The translations under genes and the position numbers were made by a program. Positions 55,701 to 64,000 of a stretch of DNA of 64,000 bases are shown piece by piece. The first letter of the stretch is position 1. Each line of letters opens with the position of its first letter. The notes under the pieces were generated by a model. It did not search any database and was not told the origin of the DNA. It saw nothing but the letters and a program-made list of their open reading frames with translations. The DNA is from Thraustochytrium aureum (taxonomy: Eukaryota): positions 60,880-124,879 of the forward strand of contig BLSG01000059.1 of assembly GCA_012862495.1 (NCBI GenBank), given 5' to 3'.

Positions 55701-58700
55701 CCGTCGTGCAAGTCGCCTGGTCCGCGCACCTTGACTGCCTCGGGGTCACCAATCCGCGAGGCCGTTTCGCTCAGCATCACTGCAGGCAAGTTCGCCAGCA
55801 GCTCTGTGACAAGGTCGCTTTTGAGCGCACGAGGGAGCTGGTCCATGGCTCGCGTTGACATGACGAGCTCGGTGAGCGTCTTAAGGCCTTGAGCAGCCAG
55901 CTGCGCGTGGTGAGCGCGGCTCAGCACGCACTTCGCGGCGTCTTCGAGCGCGTCTGCAGTGGCCAACAGGCGAAGCACGCGCTCGAATTCACTCCCGCGC
56001 CCGCTACGAACAGCTAGAAGCGCTCTGGTCAGCAGCCCAGCCACGTCTTCGTCTGCGTGCTGGTCTCCGAAAAAGGCAAACTCGAGCGAACCCCACTGCT
56101 CCACCGCTATCTTGTCGGGCGAGCAAGGCAGGCGTGCGCCCAGGACAACCAGGGCCCGCGCATTGCAGACTGCGCGATCTAGCACAACTTGCGCGAGAGC
56201 CCGACGCGAGCTCGTCGAGTGAACTGGCGCCCCGTGCAAAACGGCGTCCGCAAACACGCTCGCCGCGCGCACTGCTCCACGATAGATGTCGAGCAGGTCG
56301 GCGTGGCTCTCCAGCGAGATACTTGGCGCAGCGGAGGCGCCGCCCGTGAAGAGTGCCGCCGCACTCGCAGCGGCATGACTAGTTGGCTCTGCCGCGCAAA
56401 TCGCAAGCGCGCAGAGCGCTTGCTCAAGTTGATCGGCGCCCTCCGTGGGGGCGATGCCAGGTGTTGCGCTCGACTTTGGGTCCTCGGCCGCAAGCACCGC
56501 GGCCCTCAGACTTGCGTGGAGTTGTGTTGCGCTGGCGGCACCAAGACAGAGCTGATGTGCAAAGCTTTGCTCCGCCTCCACGCCCTCTGCCGGTCCTCGG
56601 AACTGGTACAGTGCAACGTGCTCTGCGAATGCTGGGTCCACTTCTTCACGCGGGAACTGGATATGCCCAGTGCAGATCAATCGTCCTAAGAGCCGGGCGC
56701 AAAGCCTGGTGCACGTGGCGTGCGCCTTTCGGGTGTCGTCCGCTTTCAATCGCTCCGGCGCTGCTTGGCTCAGCGCATTGAAGATGCAGGTTGCAGCGGA
56801 GACCAGGCTTTCGACCATCGCAGGCGTAACCGGGGAGACGACGATGAGCGTACAGAAGAGCGAGGGCAGTACCGCAGTGAGGTAAATGAAGAGCATGCTG
56901 TCGTCGTCTTCGGCGGCCGCTGCGTCCAGGGAAGCGTGAACGAGCCTTTCGCCGCGCGACAAAACCTCTTTGCCATAACGAAGCAGAATTCCGCGGATAT
57001 CACCGGCCGCCTCGTCTTGGTTCTCCCAAAGTGTGAAAGCGTGGCTCTGGAAGGAGAGCAGAAGGCGGCGGTGCGAAGGCCTGTCCAGGTTGTCGAGGAG
57101 CTCAACGAGGAGGCCGAACATGTCAAAGTCACTGCGCGACATCCCGATAACTAGCGGGAGCATCGCGTCGTCACGCGCCAGGTTGGACATGAGGACGTCG
57201 AGCACCGCAGCGGAATGCCGGCGCGACGAAGCGTGCGCGCTCTGGTGTAGCGATGAGGCGAGGAGGCGCTTCAGAAGGCCCAAGCGGGCCTCGGAAGTTG
57301 GATAGAACCGCGTAAAGCCGACCTGAATCGTCGCCGCGGCCTCCAGGGCAACCAGAGAGCGCGCTTTCGCCTCGAGCGAGAAGCAGGAAACCTCGCTTGG
57401 GGACAGGTCGGGGCTCGCCGGCTCCATTAGATCGTCCACGATACTAAGGAGGACGCTGTGAAGGCTGTGCAGGGCCCGTTCGTGGTCTGGACTCTGGCCT
57501 TGGACCGCGTTTGCGAAAAGGCCAAGGTTGGCCTTGACAACACGCAGCACGCACCAAACGCGCATCCATGGCCCCTCGCTGCATCGCGAGGCATTGATCT
57601 GGTCCCCAGTCAAGCAAGCGCACTGACGCGGACGCGAGTCTCGTAGACCAGTCCCGATCGCTGCGCGCAAGCAAAACTTGAGGAGGTCGAGGAGGTTTTC
57701 CAAGCTTGTAGGGGAAGTCTCGATCGCGTACGGGAGTGCAAGGTGGCCTTCGTACTGCCCCGTTTTGGCTGCCACGAGCTCTGCGAGAGACTGCGCCGTG
57801 CTGCTGTCTACGGAGGAGGCGGCTGCTGGGCCACTCCCTCTCGGAGAGACAGGGCTCGAGATGGCAACGAGAGCAGCCGGCTGGCAAACTGAAGTTGTCG
57901 TTTCCTCGCCCCATCCGCGAAGCGCGCCAGGGACCACGAGGGTCTGCACAACATCGAAAGCCTTGGCAGCAGCCTCTGCAGCGGCACTCCGCTGCGGGCC
58001 GAGCGAGCCGCCTGCGCCCACTGTGCTGGCTGAGCGCATTGCTTCAACCGTCTCCGTGCTCAGCCGTTCAAGGTGCGCAAGGACAAAGGACGCGACGCGA
58101 GAGGGCGACAGCATCCATTCGGGGAGTAGATCCTCCTCGTCGGATGGTAGACGGTAGCTTGGGAGCCCCAGCAAGGCTCTGCCAAGCTCGGTCGATAGCG
58201 GCGCGGCCGACGTAATGGGCGACGAGAGCCGGAGCGCGTTCTCGCGCCGCTCCCGCTCGCCACGGTCGGCGTCTGAGGACTTTGTCTCCGGGGCGCAGCA
58301 TGTAGTCTCCCCACTGGACTTTGCCTCCGCATCGTCGTCATTGGACTTGGTCTCGCAAGCAGCCTGCGCTGCGGACGCCGCCGTCGCCTCTTCGTTGGCG
58401 ACGGAGCTCGCGTACGCTGTCGGATCAGTGAGGACGAGGTTGTACTTGTCGCCAACAGCCACATAGAGCACGGGCAAGCCGCGCTCGACGAGAGACTCGA
58501 CTCGCTTCGGTCGCTTTTCGGTGCGGTTCGTAGCGTGTCCAAGCCGACCGGAGTCGCCGTGACCCCAGGTAAACATGTAGCCCTCGTCGGTGACGGCAAC
58601 AGAGTGTTCGCAGCCAGCTTCCACCTGCGTGACACGCATTCCGGTCTCGACAAGCGACTCTACACGCTGGGGGAGTGTCTTGCTGTCTTCGTCCCCGTGG

Positions 58701-61003
58701 CCGAGCTTGCCATTTGATCCAGCACCCCACGCGTAGACGTGGCCCTTGGCAGACACTGCAAGTGAGTGGTCCCAACCACATGCGCAGTATGTGATGGTTT
58801 CCTTCTGGAGCGCGAGAATCTGGCGCGGATAGAGCTCGCGCTCCGTCCCCCCATGCCCGAGCACGGGCGGGAGCCCCGTGCGACGCGAGTCCTTGTACCC
58901 TGAACCAAACGAGAAGAGACGACCGTCCCTTGTCAGGGCAAGCGTGTGCTCCCATCCACCAGCCATGTGAGCAACCGCCCAGTCCGCGCTGCCGGTTTTG
59001 CCCTCCTCTGCAACTTGCGTTGCCGTCGGGACGTGCTTGGCAAGGCTCTGCACGAGGGTGGGGAAGAGCTTGTCTGCGACGTCGCCGTGGCCGCACTGGC
59101 CCTGATTGTTCTTGCCCCAAGTGAAGCAGCGGCCGTCGTCTGTGACAGCCATCGAGTGCGAGGCCCCAGCAAAGAGACCAGTGATCAGCACACCTTCAGG
59201 CATCTTGAAACCGCCCGGTTTGGGTTGCTCGGCCAGTTGCTGCTCGTCGCCAGCGTCGAGGACAAACTTGGTGAGGAGGGTGGCCACGGCTCGATCGTCA
59301 GTGTCGCCGAGGCCGAGCCGCCCGTTGCCGCCGTTTCCCCAGGCGTAAATGTGGCCGTTCTCCAGCAGCGCGAGCGAGTGCCCCAGCCCGCAGGCGATGT
59401 CCTTCACTGCAGGCTTGGTCCTCAGCGCGTTGACGACGCGTGGGTAGTACTCTTTAGCGGTGGTCCCGTGGCCGAGGCGGTTTTTGTCGCCGTTGCCCCA
59501 GGTGTACAGCACCCCGTCGGCTGTCAGGGCGAGCGAGTGCGTGGAAAGCGAGGCGACCTTGCGAACCTTGGAAAACTCGAGGTCTTTGATGAGCCGCGGC
59601 GTCTTGATGTTTTCCGTGCAGTTCCCGTCAGGGCAATGCTCGTGCGTGTGCGGCTGCGGGTCAGGATCGGCCTCGCTGCATTTGCCGTGACCGAGCTTGC
59701 CGTGGTCGCCCTTGCCCCAAGAAAACAGAATTCCGCCTTCATCCTCCGTGTCACTGCGCTGGAAAGCGCGGAGAAGGTCGGCAGGGCGAGCTGCAGCAAG
59801 TTCTTCCAAGAATGGCTCGACGTCCAGGTCGTGGTCGGGGTCTTGCGCCTTGAGGAGCGTCGCATCCTCGTCGCCGAGGCCGGTCCGGTCGCGAGGAGAG
59901 TCTCCGCCCTTGCTCTCTATCGTGGAGGGCGCGCTCGCGATACCGCTTGCGCTGGTGCCTGCTCCCATTTTAGAGACCCTAGAATGGTCCAGCAGGAGCT
60001 TGACGCATCGGGCAAGCGTCGGCAGCGAGCCGCGCTTCACGGCAAGCCCAAGCAAGGCGGACAGCATATCTCCGCTCCCGAGTGATCCATTGGGCCGCTC
60101 TGCAGCCTCTGGGGCCGATTTGCCCTTGACGCCGGGGTGGGCGCCCATGCTGCGGCTCAGCGCTGCACTAGAGCCCGTGCGCTGATTATAGGCGTCCTCG
60201 AGAACGGCAGCGATCGTGGCGGGGATGCCCGCGTTTGCTGAAACGCCAGAGTCCTCGCCGCGCTCGCGCTCTTGTTTGCGCAGAATGCGCAGTTTGCGGC
60301 GTTCGAACTGGTCTAGCTTGTCTTCTTGGTCGAGCCCCAGCTTGCGCAGCTGCTCACTCACGTGGACCTCGCGAGCCAGTGTGGGGTTCTCCACAAGACC
60401 GAGGGGCGGCAGCTCCATTAGGAGGCCAGGGAGCTTTTTCAGGAGAGCGCGAAGTACGACCGAGTTGGTCGAGACGTTGAGCGTGGTGATGATTTTCAAA
60501 AGCATATGCACGCCGATTTGCACATTCACTGGAAGGTGCTTGAGCCCACCGCCCTCCGCGAGGGCGGCTTCGATGTCCGTTTTCGCTTCGATGCTCGCGC
60601 TGTCCACCACGCGAATATCTGCGTTTATGCCCTTCGGACCGGCGCTCTTTGGTGAGGCTGGCGAGGTTTCAATCCCCGCCTGGCTCCTGCGTAGCATCAC
60701 GGACCCGGATGTCTGTAGCCGATTGAGCGCGCACCGGCTGACCGCGATCATCTGCTCGATAGAGTCTGCGGCGTCATACTTTTCCGCGAGTCGCAAGACG
60801 GCCATCTCCTCGGCCAGCAGCGTCAGGACTCGCTCGGCCCCGCCATCGAGACGCTGTGCGGGGCCCCGCGCAAGCCCCCGGGACCTTGGGCCACTTCCTT
60901 CCACGCGCACGCCGGACGCGAACGCCTGCTCCAGAAACTCGACGTTGTGGAGGTGCGAGAGCGCGCTGGCCGTGGAGATCTCTTCGTGCTGTTGTTCCGC
61001 CAT
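46736..61003 (-). CDS. Giant HERC-like protein (~4,700 aa): RCC1 repeats, LamG/ConA-like, SPRY, UBA-like, FN3, SPRY, degenerate HECT N-lobe; spans two gaps
   Basis: Three long same-strand open frames abut the gaps 54213-54426 and 50235-50486 with no stop before either gap. RCC1 repeats (WGKGDHGKLGHG, WGNGGNGRLGLG) ~59750-58430; IYVDG ~54500; SPRY GKWYYEV..QIGW..GDVVGCLLD ~52050-51700; FN3 GLDADTPYRFR ~49250; SPRY GDVVSVKLD..FPAVSLY ~48800. Confidence 0.8.
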
Positions 61004-63719
61004 TTTCGCACCGACACCCCAAGCGCTTTCAGAGGTCCAGCTCTACTTCTTGGTTGTTGAACTGCTTGTCGCGCGCGGTCACTGCAGCGTTTGCGGTCCG
61101 CTTGTGGATGCACGCGCCAATTGGCACTCGGTCAGGGTTCGCTGCAGCCAAGGTCCGCCCACGCCAATGAGCACTGCTGCTCGACGTCGCCCGCCGCTCG
61201 GCCGTGCGCGCGTTTGCCTCTTTCCACGCCGCTGTGCAAGCAGTCGCCTTGCGTCCTTCTGCGCGTCCGTCCAAGTGGTACTAGCCGCAACAAAGCCGGC
61301 GGAGGAGGAGACCGGTTGGCTCGCGGCCAACGCCGACTCCTGGCCCGAGAGCGTCGAGGTACGCCTGGGGGTATCGTCGACTACCGTGGCCGCCGCCTGC
61401 CCAGGCCAGGGAGCCAGACAGTGAGGAGTAACAAGGTGCGGCGGCGCATTCCGAGAGCGAGCTCCAACGCAAACCCAGAATTCAGAAATCGCAAACCCGC
61501 TCTTCGTGGAAGGAGAGCCGGGACAGCAGAGGCCCCATCGCGGAAGAAATCTGGCGCTTTCGCCGTCCTTTACAGCGTCGTCGGCGCGAGGCCCGACAGC
61601 GCCGGCGGAGAGCAGCAACCTGTTTCAAACGTCCCCAATCGCTAGCCAACCCAGCAGCTGCACCTCTAAACAAATCGTAAACAATAACAGAAACGCGATA
61701 CCTAGCAACCAAATTGAATGGAAATTGCGACGTGTAGTGTAGGAAAAGCGCCGCCGGGCTTGGACGAATTGTGTCCGTTTGGCGTCGCAGAACACAACGG
61801 CTCTACCGGATACAAATGCTTCGCGAACGAACGACCTCGTCGGGCTTGCTTTCCATGCACGGGCTGCGGCGTTCTCTACGTTGGAGCACGGGCGGGCCAT
61901 TCATCTATCCTAGGCCTCTTGAGTTCTTGCTTGCACTGTTCTCCTGTACGGCGCCGAGGCGTGCCGGCCGCGCTAAATAAGCCCAAAATCTCCTCAGTTT
62001 GAGCGCAGCCAAAAGCTGGGCAGCGCTGATGCTCGCCACACCGGGGAGACAAGGTCAATCTCAGGTCTCGGGCGGGAGCTGGCGAATGCCACCCTTGCGG
62101 ATTTTACTAGAGAGAGAAAGGGAGCGTGGGCTAGAGGTTGAATTCAACCCAGCGTGCTGGCCCAGAACACCAGGTCTCACGCATGAAACGAGAGAAAGGA
62201 GGTCATACCGTCAAGCGCCGCATTCGCCGCAAGCACTTTTTGGTTTGCCGGCCGTGCGGCCCCGCAGCGCGACCAGCAGCTCGCATGAACACAAGTCTTC
62301 GAACCTATTTATTTTCAAAAAACTGTGCTGTGCACTCGAGATGCATCGCCAAACCTTTGGAAGCACCAACTGGAGCATCTCACTGCGACCCTGCGGCTGC
62401 GCGCTGGAGAGAACCCCGGCCAGCGCCATGGTGTTGGGGTTTGAAGCCTGCGACGAAACAAAGGCATGCATGGAGTACCGCGATGACCCCAAAACGACCG
62501 AGCTCAAAGCCGCGCTCTCCGCCGGGTTGAACGCTCTCCATGGAGAACGAAAGTCGCTGTTCCGAAGCAGCGCTCCACGAAAGAGCGGCATCAACGCGCG
62601 GCCCCGTGCACGTGCTCCAACGCAGCCACGGCTCCCACAGTACTTACGAAGCAGCACATCCACCGCGCAGGCAAGTGAATACCAACCAACAACAGCCAGC
62701 CAGCCACCAACGCCGGCGCTGCAACAAACACACCAACGAACCAACCACAACACGAAGCCTTGGCGAGTCGTTGGGGACGCTGCTGCTGAGCAACGTGAAC
62801 CGCCGCGGCGGCTCGCGAGAGGACAGTTGTGGTCAGAGTGTCCTGGTGCACGATGCTCACTTGTTCCTACTGGAGGCGGTCAGACCACAAAGTGCGCGAG
62901 CAGGCCAGTCTCGAACAGGCCGGTCTCGAGCAGCTCAGGCAGGCAGCTCAGGCAGGCAGGCAGGCAGGCTGGTCGTCGTGGCGGCTGCGATGGGGTTTAG
63001 CGAGGCGCAGGCCAGAAGGGCGAATGCGCTGCGACGGCGCATGGCGCTCGAAGGGGCCGGGCAAGACGCACGGGAGGCAATTGGCGTGCCGAGTATGCCG
63101 CAGCTATGCGCTGCTCAAGGGCGCTGGCTCGGACGCAAGGAGGACGCACAGAGCGCGCAGAGGCACATTGAGCTGCTCAAGAGGATGCAGAGCGACACGC
63201 GCAAGATTCCGCTGGCGGCAAGTCGCGGGGAGAACCGCCTGGCGCCGTCTGTTTGAGAGCCGAGCAAGGACCCCAGCGACGGCGGCGCCGACCCAGCCCG
63301 CCGCCCTCGCCCCCCCGGCCCCAGAAATCCAACTTGGCTAGCCATTGATTGTACCCACAACCGAACAGAAACAGATGCTTGTACCTCCTTCTGAAGCGCG
63401 TTGCTTGCCAGGCCTCGTCGAGGCAGCGGATCAGCCCGTCCACGTTGCGAGCGGCACTCGATCGACGCCGCGGCAGGCCGCCGAATGGGCCCAGGTCTCC
63501 AACGCATCGGTCGAGCTTGAAGCTGGACCTTTATCAAGTGGCGCGGTTGAGGAAAGGCACGACCCAAGGCAACGCAGTGCGCGCTGGCGCGAGATTTTTC
63601 AGCGGTGTCTCGCGCTGCGCGCCCGGCTTGCGCGCGAGCGACACAAGAGGAGGAGAGCGACAACTTTTCAATGTACACAATAATAAATGATGGAAAGCTG
63701 GCGCGCGAACCGTCAGAGC

Positions 63720-64000
63720 TCAGCTCCGCCTCATTTCGTCCACCATTCGCTCAAAGCGCTCAACGTTTCGAGCCCCCTTCCGGCGCTCGTGCTCCAGGGC
63801 TGTCACGAGGACCCTTACTTCGCCCTGCAATCGCCTGCACTCTGCACTGGCGCGCTCCCCTTCCATCGCGGCACGGCTGGCCTCCTCGCGCAGCTGCCGC
63901 TCGTTGTCCCCGAGCTTTGCCGCGACGAGGCGAAGCTCCTGCTCGACTTGGTCGCGAGACTCCAGGGACGCTTGCGCCAGAGCAAGCCTGCTCTCGACCG
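63720..64000 (-). CDS. C-terminal end of a coiled-coil protein (partial; two apparent indels at GGG runs)
   Basis: VESRLALAQASLESRDQVEQELRLVAAKL / DNERQLREEASRAAME / ERASAECRRLQGEVRVLVTALEHERRKGARNVERFERMVDEMRRS*, stop at 63720-63722; heptad-like E/R/L pattern. Confidence 0.55.
   Translation of the reverse strand, partial: VESRLALAQASLESRDQVEQELRLVAAKLGDNERQLREEASRAAMEGERASAECRRLQGEVRVLVTALEHERRKGARNVERFERMVDEMRRS

Noticed and set aside
53074..60085. Long plus-strand ORFs antisense to the HERC-like gene, and similar shadows elsewhere
   Set aside because: Antisense shadows caused by high-GC codon usage; no domains.
61091..63690. ORFs 61999-63000, 62540-63256 and neighbours
   Set aside because: No recognisable domains and weak codon bias, with embedded simple repeats; a frameshifted gene cannot be excluded.

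Overview
GC-rich, intron-poor eukaryotic nuclear DNA from a draft assembly with 11 N-gaps. Gene content (dynein-2 WDR34, Slo-type channel, TKL kinase) and short GT-AG introns with CTRAC branch points fit a flagellate protist, most plausibly a thraustochytrid-like stramenopile (inference). About 21 protein-coding loci are supported: a divergent SUN-like protein, a SET methyltransferase, a TM-TKL kinase, a bacterial Bh0493-type uronate isomerase, adenosine kinase, an interrupted eRF1 paralogue, pyrimidine-nucleoside phosphorylase, hexose-6-phosphate epimerase, SRP9, a PA-TM-RING ligase, WDR34, a ubiquitin-like protein, PAN3, a type-I-like GGPP synthase, an SLC44 transporter, a Slo/BK-family channel, a RETSAT/CrtISO-like oxidoreductase, a ~4,700 aa HERC-like giant ending in a truncated HECT remnant, and several hypothetical proteins. 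Many genes carry single-base indels at G runs, probably sequencing errors. The most interesting candidates are: (1) the eRF1 paralogue, with an in-frame UGA at the conserved Trp15-equivalent codon, a frameshift just after GGQ and NIKS changed to NIRC (autoregulatory recoding, pseudogene or error); (2) a ~400 nt multi-hairpin non-coding element at about 20.2-20.6 kb. All family calls come from motif recognition by eye; no searches were run.
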